From positions 2,495,484 to 2,559,483 of the forward strand of contig CM119270.1 in assembly GCA_051294375.1 (NCBI GenBank): 64,000 bases of DNA, written 5' to 3'. The notes beneath the pieces are model-generated. The model made no database searches, had not been told where the DNA came from, and saw only the letters and a list, made by a program, of their open reading frames with translations. Numbering within the stretch: the stretch's first letter is position 1; each line of letters starts with the position of its first letter. Of the stretch, positions 44,742 to 57,600 are shown one piece after another. The DNA comes from Paraspadella gotoi. Its lineage: Eukaryota > Animalia > Chaetognatha. Made by a program: the position numbers and the translations under genes.

Positions 44742-46725
44742 CAGATGTCATTCTTTTTAAAATAGAAAGAAAAAGATTTTAGACTAAAAAGTCCCATTGA
44801 ATTCTCAATCTTACTATATATTCTTTACTGTTTACTACCGACCTACTATTATATTAATTATTATTAATATTATATTAATTTTTCGTTTTTAACTTTTTTT
44901 TTCCAACTCTCCAGGCTTTTCAACATATTAGCAAATCAACTTTTTAATCGTTTTTTTTTGTACGCTAATTCAATAATTAATTATGGTCTTTGAACTTCTT
45001 GTCTTGATCGTCTGATTCTCATGTTTTATTTTCAACTCGGNNNNNNNNNNNNNNNNNNNNNNNNNNNNNNNNNNNNNNNNNNNNNNNNNNNNNNNNNNNN
45101 NNNNNNNNNNNNNNNNNNNNNNNNNNNNNNNNNNNNNNNNNNNNNNNNNNNNNNNNNNNNNNNNNNNNNNNNNNNNNNNNNNNNNNNNNNNNNNNNNNNN
45201 NNNNNNNNNNNNNNNNNNNNNNNNNNNNNNNNNNNNNNNNNNNNNNNNNNNNNNNNNNNNNNNNNNNNNNNNNNNNNNNNNNNNNNNNNNNNNNNNNNNN
45301 NNNNNNNNNNNNNNNNNNNNNNNNNNNNNNNNNNNAAAAGGAAGAGGAGGAGGAGAAATGGTTGGAAAGGCGTAATGCGTTGTACGATTTGGAAAAATAG
45401 CGATATCCACAAACAAGGAAATACAACAAAAAAAAAGGCGGAACTCTTATAATATTTTTTACATTTCGATATAAATTTCGATTTTTGTTTGGAAATCCTG
45501 ATCGCCGACAGTCGTTGAGTTTCTTCCACCGTCAATGAGCCGTGAGATTTGCTTGCTTATTGATTGACAAACAGACAAAGCGAAGCAAGCAAATGACTCA
45601 ATAACTGCGTCGGGGGGAGTAAGCTTTCAAGCGAACCAAACAATGACTAATAAAGGGAGCTACTAAGCAAAAGAAACCATACAACATTAAAAAGAAATTG
45701 AACAAAGTATTAACAAAAATGGGAAGGGAAAACGAATAAAAAACCAAACCTAACAAAACATAATTAATAAAGACAAAAACAAAACAAAAGGACAATGAAG
45801 TATGAAAAAGAAAACAAGGAAAGAAAATTGTGATTTTTACAGAAAGAAAATTGGATCTTCGATCTTTCTCGATCCCAAAGGATCATTCACGACTTCTCTC
45901 GCTCTCTATCTTTTCCTTCCACTCGCTCTCTATCTATTTCTCTCTCATTTTCTTATTTGTCCTTTTCCCTCTTATCTTCGCGCGAAGTGTACGTTCGTAC
46001 TACCCACTTTTTTTGTTTTTATCTCCACCTTCTTTGGTGGTCAGTGGCTGCGTACCACCTCGTTGTCCTCCAACCTCCCCTCGAAACCACATTACCTACA
46101 ACAGCAATTAGACAATTGGGTATAATCATTAACTAATAAATTCAAATACCACAACAATTTTGGTTAATAATTATATGATAATCCTTAATAATTAATAGCG
46201 CTAAAAACTAATAATTTAGTCAGGAAAAAAGCGGAAAACAAAACTAGAATCAAATTCTAAACGTAAAGGGGCGCAATATAAGTTTGATACTACAATATGT
46301 AAATGAGATTTAAGGATTCGATCATATTAAAAAAAAACAACTATCTCTCAAAAAACCACTACCACTCGCTCTGTTTCCACCCTCGCCAGCGCCACCCTCA
46401 ATTCCCACCTCGTCGTCTCACGCGAAACCACTTCGCTCGCCATAAAGATGTATACTTCCTCGCCTTTTATGGTCTACCGTGGTGCCAGGGAACCGAGACC
46501 GCGCGCTGCGGTGATTATGATAATTGATTGTCCCTTTTCCCCCTTCATTTCTTTCTCTCTCTCTCTCNNNNNNNNNNNNNNNNNNNNNNNNNNNNNNNNN
46601 NNNNNNNNNNNNNNNNNNNNNNNNNNNNNNNNNNNNNNNNNNNNNNNNNNNNNNNNNNNNNNNNNNNNNNNNNNNNNNNNNNNNNNNNNNNNNNNNNNNN
46701 NNNNNNNNNNNNNNNNNNNNNNNNN

Positions 46726-46761
<36 letters not shown>

Positions 46762-47487
46762 CTCTTCTCTCTCTCCGCTCTCTCTTTCTCACTCACTCTT
46801 TCTTCTCTCTTTATCTCTNNNNNNNNNNNNNNNNNNNNNNNNNNNNNNNNNNNNNNNNNNNNNNNNNNNNNNNNNNNNNNNNNNNNNNNNNNNNNNNNNN
46901 NNNNNNNNNNNNNNNNNNNNNNNNNNNNNNNNNNNNNNNNNNNNNNNNNNNNNNNNNNNNNNNNNNNNNNNNNNNNNNNNNNNNNNNNNNNNNNNNNNNN
47001 NNNNNNNGGCTGCAATAACCCGAGGCCGAGAAAAGTGGGGGGTTGAGGCGCGGTGAGGATGAGTTAAGGTAAGACAAGGAAGGGAAGAGTGAAATTGTCA
47101 GGTGAGGTATTGTGAGAGAAAAAAGAAAGACGAGTGAGAGTAGGGATGATAAGCAAATTGACAAGCAATCCATTAAACAAATAAAAAAGAAAGCAAACTA
47201 ACAAAAAAAAACAAGAAATAGAATTTTACGTAATTATTTAAATTGACGTGAAACCGATTCTCACTAAAGAAAACGAAACAATCGAGGAATTGGAATCACA
47301 ATCTTTTTATCACATCCCTTCACCCCATCGCATTCCTAGTTCACCCCATCTCAGCCCGCGTCTACCCCATCACGACCCTCGGTCTCCCCTATAGATCGAC
47401 GGGAGACATAAAAACAATTTCAACGGTGGATTTGCACAAACACCTCAAGACGATGGAGAGAAGACTCTTGCAGAATGCCTACCATCG

Positions 47488-47519
<32 letters not shown>

Positions 47520-47814
47520 NNNNNNNNNNNNNNNNNNNNNNNNNNNNNNNNNNNNNNNNNNNNNNNNNNNNNNNNNNNNNNNNNNNNNNNNNNNNNNNNN
47601 NNNNNNNNNNNNNNNNNNNNNNNNNNNNNNNNNNNNNNNNNNNNNNNNNNNNNNNNNNNNNNNNNNNNNNNNNNNNNNNNNNNNNCGTTTCGGTCTCTCT
47701 TTACAGTAGAAGGAGAAAGAGGGCGAGTGAGCTAGACAGAGAGAGAGTGAGGGGGGAAGAAAGAGATATTAACCTGAAAAGTTCCGCGGGATGAAAAACA
47801 TTACGACGTGTTTT

Positions 47815-47871
47815 GTTTCCATAGCAACCGCTTATGGAATAACGGTTGCCAAGGATATCGTCCCTGGCAAC
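47815..47871. promoter_or_regulatory. RFX X-box cluster
   Basis: GTTTCCATAGCAAC at 47815-47828 fits the X-box consensus GTHNYY-AT-RRNAAC. It is followed by the imperfect palindrome GTTGCCAAGGATATCGTCCCTGGCAAC (47845-47871), which has two GTTGCC/GGCAAC half-sites. Confidence 0.55.
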
Positions 47872-48741
47872 GACGTCGCGGCGGTAAACNNNNNNNNNNN
47901 NNNNNNNNNNNNNNNNNNNNNNNNNNNNNNNNNNNNNNNNNNNNNNNNNNNNNNNNNNNNNNNNNNNNNNNNNNNNNNNNNNNNNNNNNNNNNNNNNNNN
48001 NNNNNNNNNNNNNNNNNNNNNNNNNNNNNNNNNNNNNNNNNNNNNNNNNNNNNNNNNNNNNNNNNNNNNNNNNNNNNNNNNNNNNNNNNNNNNNNNNNNN
48101 NNNNNNNNNNNNNNNNNNNNNNNNNNNNNNNNNNNNNNNNNNNNNNNNNNNNNNNNNNNNNNNNNNNNNNNNNNNNNNNNNNNNNNNNNNNNNNNNNNNN
48201 NNNNNNNNNNNNNNNNNNNNNNNNNNNNNNNNNNNNNNNNNNNNNNNNNNNNNNNNNNNNNNNNNNNNNNNNNNNNNNNNNNNNNNNNNNNNNNNNNNNN
48301 NNNNNNNNNNNNNNNNNNNNNNNNNNNNNNNNNNNNNNNNNNNNNNNNNNNNNNNNNNNNNNNNNNNNNNNNNNNNNNNNNNNNNNNNNNNNNNNNNNNN
48401 NNNNNNNNNNNNNNNNNNNNNNNNNNNNNNNNNNNNNNNNNNNNNNNNNNNNNNNNNTTTGTGCTGAGATAACAAAAAGTTTCATCCTTTATCGTCTTTA
48501 TTGATTCTGTTGTTGTTGTCGTTGTTGTCATTGTTGTCGTCGTTACTGTTCCGACATTGCTCAAAAACTTTTGTGATTTCTTCCCTCGCAGAATTTCAAC
48601 CAATATCGATGAATCATTGAAATCAGATGGTTTGACCAATTTGACTCATCTCACGGAGTCGAATCCGTCAATGACCTTCCTCGTTCGTCGTCGTCGTCGT
48701 CGTCGTCGTCGCCTTCAGTCCTAACCTTTGACCAGTCATCT

Positions 48742-48781
<40 letters not shown>

Positions 48782-48859
48782 TCTCATCGTCACGTCTCTC
48801 AGATTCCGTGGGAAATTCGATTTCCGAATCTCGATCGACGGCCGAATCTTTAATATTAC

Positions 48860-49070
48860 ATTTCGATTCCATTTCGATTCCATTTCGATTCTTTTTGATT
48901 CCATTTCGATTTCATTTCGATTCTTTTTGATTCCATTTCGATTCCATTTCGATTCTTTTTGATTCCATTTCGATTTCATTTCGATTCTTTTTGATTCCAT
49001 TTCGATTCTATTTCGATTCTTTTTTATTCCATTTCGATTCCATTTAGATTCTTTTTGATTCTTTTTCGAT
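48860..49070. repeat. Satellite-like array of 10-11-bp TTCGATTCCAT variants in a ~32-bp higher-order unit
   Basis: Repeated ttcgattccat / ttcgatttcat / ttcgattctttttgattccat, followed by degenerate (GTGCC/ATGCC)n at ~49080-49155. Confidence 0.9.
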
Positions 49071-50657
49071 GCCAGTTCCGTGCAGTGCCGAGCCGTACCG
49101 TGCCATCTCATGTTGTGCCGTGTCGTGTCTTACCCTGCCATGCCGTGCCATGCCAGGCTTCCCGAAAAATGAGTCTCTCGCTGACTCCGTCTCAAGCGGT
49201 AAGTTAATCGTTTGTTTTCTATGGAGAAAATGAGAGAGGGTAAGTTAAACCGGACTCGAGTCGTCGGGGTGAGCGAAAGGTAAGGTCGAGTCGAGTGAGT
49301 TAACGCGAGGTGGACCTGCGAGCGTCGCCCGACGGACGAAAAAAGGAACTAACANNNNNNNNNNNNNNNNNNNNNNNNNCCAGTCCGACTGACCGAAAAG
49401 TGACTTAAATAGAGTTAGCTTACCGCGGTACCCGCAACTAAAAAGAAGAGAGAGAAAGATGCACCAAAATATAAATAAGAAGTATGTGATAAACATTGTG
49501 ATTTAAACTTTCTTCGTTTGTGTTTTTAGATATTTGAATTTATAATTTTAATTTCAAATAAATAAGAACGTTAAATAAAGAACGGACAAAAAAAAAGGGG
49601 GAAAAATCAATTATTATTTCCATTTCGATCTGAAACCGACGGAAACTTTGACTCTTGTTTCCCGCGAATTCAATCGGAGAAAAAAGAACAAAAAAGATCC
49701 AAAGAATTTTCTCTTCTTTCTTTCCTCCTCTTTTCTTACTCTGATTCCTTTCCTTTTTCTCGTTTGGCTCTTATGTTCTTTGTTTAGTTTTTGGTTTTAT
49801 GGAAAAATAAATTCGAAATGAGGAAAGCCGTTACGACCGCTCATACATTTTAAATAGCCGATCTTTTCTTCCGCAAAGAACATATTTTTATTGAATATTA
49901 AAGTTTTGTATTATTTGGTTGAGCGCTCCTAAACAAATTTAAAATTATAAAAAAACTGAGATTGTCATAGATAAATAAATCACTTGACATAAAAATGATA
50001 AATGATATATAAATTGGTAACAACCTATATAAAAAATTGTCCATTCATTTTAAATATATAAGCTATCTTTGCCGCTGACTTTGGAACCTGGACACTGACA
50101 AGGCTTTGGTGGTAAGGCCTTCATGCACTCTTTGTCAATATAGCAAGGTCCTGCAAGCTTTCAATCAAAGACTCGTCCACAGTTTAGTTTTTTCGCTCCG
50201 AGAGTACCTCTGGCTCCTTAATCAATGATGTGGTAATAAATATTAATATCAATTGTATGAAAAGACACTCCTTATAAAATGCATAAATGAAAATCGAAAT
50301 ACAATCTTAGACGCGAAATTTAATCTCTTCTAAAATTGTATGCAAGTAAGGCCGCTTGTGCTGCTTTCGACATCGTAAAAATTATCATGTTTCCTTCGAG
50401 AAAAGTAATTGCCTTAATGAATTCATATTTCATTCACTAAATCTATAAACAAATATGAAAACCATATTCTTTTGTCATGATATAACAGAGAACTTCTTCA
50501 TCTCTTATAAGTGAATGTTAAATTAATTTAAAATGAATACTTGGCCAAAACGACAGCCCACCAGCTTTTCAATTCGGGCGGTCCATAAGCTTAGAGAAGA
50601 TTGCTTTGGAAAGATGATAATTTAATTGGCCACTGGAATTCTGCCCATTTTTTTTAG

Positions 50658-50770
50658 AATTTTTTTTTTTTATTTTTTCTTTTTTTTTTTTTTTTTTTTT
50701 TTTTTTTCATTTTTTTTTTTTTTTTTTTTTTCTTTTTTGTTTTTTATTTTTTTTTTTTTTATTTTTTTTT
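50658..50770. repeat. Interrupted poly(T) tract (poly(A) on the minus strand)
   Basis: ~110 nt almost pure T; could be a retroposon tail, but no element body is recognisable. Confidence 0.85.
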
Positions 50771-51061
50771 GGTTTTCTTTTTAGTCTTTAAGTCTTTCTT
50801 ACTTAAATTCTTTTTCCCCTACTTCTATTCACTCTTTTTATGTCTGTTTGTTTTTTGGCTCGTTTTTTTTTGTCGGAAAATCGCCGGTAATCGCTGCCAG
50901 CCATCTATTTTCTATTATGTCTAAAGTTCAATAGTTAAAATAAACAAAAGGCAGGGGCTAAAGAGTAAAGAAGAGATGGTACAGAGATTTAAAAACGGAC
51001 GATTTAATGTAATGAATTAAATCCCTCATTTTAATATATGGCTATCTCAGAGAGAGGAGAG

Positions 51062-51106
<45 letters not shown>

Positions 51107-52056
51107 GGGGGGGAAAATAAAAAGGCACTTTGATTTCCTTTTCCAACTCTCATTTTTGGACACTCTCGATTCACACTTCTGTTTTTCCCGTGACATCCCA
51201 AACAACCATGAAAGGTTTGTATTATTTAAATTATTTTTTGCCTAAATTTATTACTTATGAAAAAGTATACAGTATTTGTCGGTATAGATCTTTAATTTTA
51301 CAGCACGGAATTAAATTGCATTTAAAACCATTTATTAGTAGCTGAGGAGATAAAAATCAGAAACAACATTTTTGCACTTCAAAAAACGATATCGAGTATC
51401 CAATTACATGAAATATATCATTGTGTTTTGAAATTTCATTTCGTTGCGTTTTGAATTAGAGAAAACAAAGTTTTATTTTGTTTCCAGACAATTGATTTTT
51501 TTAGAGCTTTAAAGCGACATGTTTCGACTCTGTTTTTGCGAGTTTCATCAGCTGTTGTTTGTACTACTTTAACTATATCATATTTTTTGTCATTTTAACC
51601 CTAATTTCCATTTAGGCTTTGCCAAATTCCTGTATTAAAACTTTTTTTTAGATATTTCAAACTCGTGAAATTAAAGATTCCTTTTAATATTTATCCCATC
51701 GATCGACTTTCATTCAGGCGCGTGTCTCCTCTTCCTCTTTCCTCCTCCGCCCCGCTTTCGCGCTCACGCATTCCCTGCGGGCCCAGGGTAAAAGGTGCCA
51801 CTTGGCTGCTCGATACGTTCCAGCTCCCGTGACGCTCACTGACTGCGATGAAGAGCGAAATCGTCGAGTGGCACCCACGGCAGAAACGAAACATAAATAG
51901 AAGGAGATGAGAGATATTATTGTCGCCGATGTATATTGCAAGTGAGGAATGAGGGAGAGAGCCGAGACCCCAAATCCAGGGAATGCCGGGAGGAAGTGAG
52001 AGAGAGAGAGAGAGAGAGAAGATAGAGAGGAGAGAGAGAGAGAGAGAGAGACGCAC

Positions 52057-52091
<35 letters not shown>

Positions 52092-52187
52092 AGAGAGAGA
52101 AAGTAGTAAAAAATTTATTTCTCAATTTTTCTTCTACTGTCGTGAGGAAGAGCAGACCGTGAGCTATATATCACACGCAGAAAGAAT

Positions 52188-52229
<42 letters not shown>

Positions 52230-52334
52230 AGAGAAGAGAGAGAGAAGAGAGAGAGAGACGCAGACACAAGAGAGGGTGAGACCAGATTGGGGAACCTCGC
52301 CCGACTTTCAGATGAGCAGCCCCCATTTGCTCAA

Positions 52335-52378
<44 letters not shown>

Positions 52379-54019
52379 CTCTCTCATCTTCTCCACTCTT
52401 CGCACTATCATCTCTCTCACACTTCTCTCTGCATCTCTGTAAGCTAGTCAAATTCTGGTTCCAGCTCTTCCAGATTCTGCATATCAATGTTTTCCCTACT
52501 GGCCGTTGAATGCAGATTCCCCCGACTTCCGAATACCTCCCGGGCGGTTGGATATTTCGTCGAGGCTGTGGTGGCGGGGGGAGGTTGGTGAGCTTGCAAC
52601 GGGTCAGTTTATTGGAGTGAAGAGGGAGAAAGAGGAAAGGGAAAATAGGTGCTTAATGAGGAAAGATAGAACGGTAAGATAAAAGAAATAGACCACGGTG
52701 GTAGTAAAAAAAAATAGAAACTGTAAAGAAGAGTAAAAGAAATGAACCGGTACGGATAGTAAAGAGAAAATAGATACGGTACCGAGAGAAAAAGAAATAT
52801 AAACAGTACTGATAATTAAAAGATATATCTAGAATACACTCTCACTGTTTCTCACTTAATTTATGCATTTTTCAAATTCAGTCATTCAATTTATTTTATT
52901 CCTTCATTCATTCATTCATTCATTTAAGTATTCACACTGATTCATTCCGTTATTTATTCCTTCATTCTTTTATTCATTTCTTTAATCATTGATTGATTCA
53001 TTCTTTACTTATAATTCTTCATCGGAGAGCTAACATTAACAGGTACCAGTTTATTTTTAATCCCCATCGAAATCCTTTCTTTTTTTTCCTTTTCTTTCCA
53101 AAAAGAAAGAATCCAACTTGCCTCACGTCTCACAGTTCACATCCGTCACATATTTCTCTGGACCAGCTGCCCTTTCACGCGCCCATCGAGCGCCATGGGT
53201 GTGCGCCATGGGGGCTCGTGAGGCCGCCCCTCGCCTTTTTTTCCCTGGGCCTCGCGTCGGTTCTTTAATTTCCGCGTATGTGAAAAAACATTTTCATTAG
53301 TTTCGGTTGTGACAAAGAAATGGCGGCAGATTTTTTTCCCGCCATTTTGGATTTGTATAGGGTGAGTGAGAGAGGGGGACATGCGAGGGGTGAGCGAAGG
53401 CTTGGAAAAAGTCGTTAATGTTGACAAATAAGAGATCGCGAACTTTTTCCTTGTTTTTTTTTCGTGAAATTTGGAGTTCAGAGTTTTAAGTAGAAAGCGA
53501 GAGAGTTATAAAGTTCAAAAGATTTCTTTACGTCATTTTAACATTTATACAATGTAAAATTTGTACAATGTACATGTCCTCATATTTAGAATTCACTTTC
53601 TAAAGCCAGTTCCCTGTTTTCCAACCAACATTTCCCCGATCCTATGGTTTTTAATAAAATTAAATAACTAATAAAATTAAAAAAGGGAGAGACGAGTTAG
53701 AGCCAAGAACTTGGTACTTCTGATGACAATCTGTAGGACATGACAAACCCTACAAACGCGCCTCAGATAACACATTGGCGATCACAACGATGGTGCTTCC
53801 AGCGTGTGGATTCGAAAGTGTCAGCGGGTACCCTGTAGATGGAATATCAGTATTCTCCGCAGCGCCACTTACTCGACCAACGTCCCCAGGCTCCCGAGTC
53901 AACCGGGATTACAGGCTAACAAGCAAACCCGCCTGATGTAACCGAGTTTAAACTTTAAAGTGAATTAGTCATTCGAGCGAAAATTTTATTAATTTTGGAA
54001 TATAGACATTGTGTTAAGA

Positions 54020-54126
<107 letters not shown>

Positions 54127-54199
54127 TTATTTCTATTGTTAATAGGTTAAATGTGATATTTTTTAGCATTATGTACAAATCGAATCAAAAATTCTTTTC

Positions 54200-54670
54200 A
54201 TCGTCGTCGTCTTCGTTTGTCATGTTCATTGTCATCAACCTCGTCTTCCTCGTCATCATCTTAATCTTCTCGTTGTCATGTTCATATGTCATCAAACCTG
54301 CGTCTTCCTCGTCATCATCTATACTTTCCTCGTCGTCATTTTCATTTGTCATGTTCATTGTCCATCAACTCGTCTTTCCTCGTCATCATCCTTCATCTTC
54401 CTCATCATCATCTTCATCTTCCTCGTCGTCATCTTCGTTTGTCATGTTCATTGCCATCAACCTCGTCTTCTTCGTTATCATTGTCAACTTCCTCGTCGTC
54501 GTCTTCATTTGTCATGTTCATTGCCATCAACCTCGTCTTCCTCGTTATCATTGTCATCTTCCTCTTCGTCGTCTTCGTTTGTCACGTTCATTGTCATCAA
54601 CTTCGTCTTCCTCGTCATCATTGTCATCTTCCTCGTCGTCGTCTTCATCGTCGTTTTCGTCGTCGTCCTC
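54200..54670. repeat. ~70-bp minisatellite built from TCA/TCG/TCT-type triplets, ~6 copies
   Basis: Unit start cttc(g/a)tttgtca at 54433, 54503, 54573 (70-bp period), with degenerate copies from 54211. Confidence 0.9.
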
Positions 54671-57600
54671 ATCATTGATATTCGATGGATTCATTAAAAA
54701 GACGAAATCTTTTCACGACGTCTTCGTTTCGTCTGTTTGCTCTTTTTCTCTCTTCGTCAACGAGGGGTCGGGAAGAGGGGAGGAGCGGGAGGGGTAAGGA
54801 AGGTGGAGTGGGGGTAAATAAGTTGGTGGTCGAGGTGGTCGGCAGTGGATTGCTGGCTCTCGGCTTTGGTCGGCGAGATGGTTTTAATTGGTAGCGAAGG
54901 CGACTCAAGTGAAGAGGAAGATCCGCGCGTCCGTCAGTTTAGTCCGTCCGTCCGTCTTTTTTTTTGACTAATTCGAGGATGAGGAGAAGGAGGAGGAGGA
55001 GGAGGAGGAGCAGGAGGAGGAGGAGCAGGAGGACAATCGACATTGCGTCTCTGTTTGTCCATTTGTCGCGAGTGTTTGTTCTTTCTTTATCAACGAGATT
55101 TTTCTTTTCTTTTCTTTTCTTTCTTTTTTTTCCCCCTTTTTTTTTCGAGTAATTATTGCTGGGATTATTTCTCGTCTTTCTTACTTTCCGTCTTTCTGTA
55201 TTTCTGTCTAACTTTTTTTCTTTTGTGTTTCTAGTCGTGCACTCGGTCTTTCTCTGTTTCTATTTTCTTTCCTTCCTTCACCTTTAGTAAATCTTCGTTT
55301 TGGCTTCTTTCTTTCTTTCTTTCTTACTTTTTTTCTTTCTTTCTTTAATTAAAATTTTTTTCTTTCGTCTCGTTCCTTTCTATTAAACCACAATAAATAT
55401 AAATTCCCCCCCCCGACCGTTTAAAAATCACACCGTGAGACTCCATTCCTCACTCAGCCCCTCTTCATCATTAGTTCACCCCGACCCTTTAATCCCTTTC
55501 ACCAAATTCTATTCTCTATTTCCCGCCAATTTGCCTCTCGCCATCANNNNNNNNNNNNNNNNNNNNNNNNNNNNNNNNNNNNNNNNNNNNNNNNNNNNNN
55601 NNNNNNNNNNNNNNNNNNNNNNNNNNNNNNNNNNNNNNNNNNNNNNNNNNNNNNNNNNNNNNNNNNNNNNNNNNNNNNNNNNNNNNNNNNNNNNNNNNNN
55701 NNNNNNNNNNNNNNNNNNNNNNNNNNNNNNNNNNNNNNNNNNNNNNNNNNNNNNNNNNNNNNNNNNNNNNNNNNNNNNNNNNNNNNNNNNNNNNNNNNNN
55801 NNNNNNNNNNNNNNNNNNNNNNNNNNNNNNNNNNNNNNNNNNNNNNNNNNNNNNNNNNNNNNNNNNNNNNNNNNNNNNNNNNNNNNNNNNNNNNNNNNNN
55901 NNNNNNNNNNNNNNNNNNNNNNNNNNNNNNNNNNNNNNNNNNNNNNNNNNNNNNNNNNNNNNNNNNNNNNNNNNNNNNNNNNNNNNNNNNNNNNNNNNNN
56001 NNNNNNNNNNNNNNNNNNNNNNNNNNNNNNNNNNNNNNNNNNNNNNNNNNNNNNNNNNNNNNNNNNNNNNNNNNNNNNNNNNNNNNNNNNNNNNNNNNNN
56101 NNNNNNNNNNNNNNNNNNNNNNNNNNNNNNNNNNNNNNNNNNNNNNNNNNNNNNNNNNNNNNNNNNNNNNNNNNNNNNNNNNNNNNNNNNNNNNNNNNNN
56201 NNNNNNNNNNNNNNNNNNNNNNNNNNNNNNNNNNNNNNNNNNNNNNNNNNNNNNNNNNNNNNNNNNNNNNNNNNNNNNNNNNNNNNNNNNNNNNNNNNNN
56301 NNNNNNNNNNNNNNNNNNNNNNNNNNNNNNNNNNNNNNNNNNNNNNNNNNNNNNNNNNNNNNNNNNNNNNNNNNNNNNNNNNNNNNNNNNNNNNNNNNNN
56401 NNNGAAAGTAATTAAACCTTCGCTCATGAGAGACGATGAAGATTGATGGACGACGACGACGACGACCGACGACGATTACGGCGCGTTAGCGGTCGTTGGT
56501 AATGGCATTGGCTGTTAGAAACGCGGCGCCCCCGGAATCAAATGGGCCGACCAAATTTGTTAACCGCATTTTTTTATTTTAAATATATATTATTAATATT
56601 TTGATTTTCATAATTTTTGATAAAGGCCATATATAAAGGATAATCATAAATATGAATTTAATACACTATCAATGTATTTCAGAAAAACACCAAATATTTT
56701 GATATGGTCAAAATTAGGTACAAAAATTAATTTTTCCAAAAACTAGGTATTTTTTAAAAAATAATCTGATTAACAAAAATCACGGTTGATGGTGAATCGC
56801 TAGCGCGGTGAACATAAAAGGTGATTTAAACGCGATTCACTAAAAAACGGGCGCGAATTTTAAAAAAAAAAAAGTTGTGAACCCCCCAAAAAAAAAAAGT
56901 TTTAAGCCCAAAAAAAGGAGAGGAGAATTTTAAGGGGCCTGAAAAAAGGGATAATTAATTTTGAGAGAGACCTAGGGGAGCATATTAGGCGAGAGACGAA
57001 CATATTTAGTAAACCCTGAATCAGGGGAAAAAAGGGTGGGTAGGGCTGGGGGGAGGACGGGGCAAACGGGTTGGGTTAGGAAAATGAAGGAAAGGTGAGG
57101 TAAGTGAGGGGAACAAAATTAATCAGTACAGTTAAAAACACTATATCTACTGTACTCTTTGGATATACAAATTCTTTCCCTTTTATTGGATATCTCTATT
57201 TAGAAAATTTAAAAATTAGAAAGCATTTTATTAGCAATAAAAGTGAAAGTTGATAATATCTCTCATAGAAATACTTCTTACAATTTGTACAATATTAAAA
57301 ATTCTCATTCTTTCAATGAATAAGCTATTAAGTATCTTGACTATCAACTTAGGACATTCCAAGGTGGGATAAGATCTTCATCGTTCTGATAGCTGCAAGA
57401 AAATAATTATATCGATAATATAAAATATGTGTATTTATAAGACAACATTTTTATAACGACTCGAACCAAGGTAAAAAAGTAATACACAATCGCAAATAAT
57501 TCTTAATTCGACCCGATTGCATTTTCTGCTCCGAAACGAATGTGCGATCAAAATAAACGGCGATGCAATCACGACTCACGACCCGCGATCCTTTTTTTGC

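Noticed and set aside
48860-49070. Similarity to human satellite II/III (ATTCC / TTCGATT) and ORF 48668-49111
   Set aside because: Short low-complexity array with a different period; the ORF is a repeat translation.
54153-54797. Long Ser/His/Val-rich ORFs
   Set aside because: They arise from a 70-bp unit (not a multiple of 3) that is open in all three frames; no splice or start support.
55547-56403. Long ORFs spanning N runs (here and at other gaps)
   Set aside because: Open only because Ns contain no stop codons.
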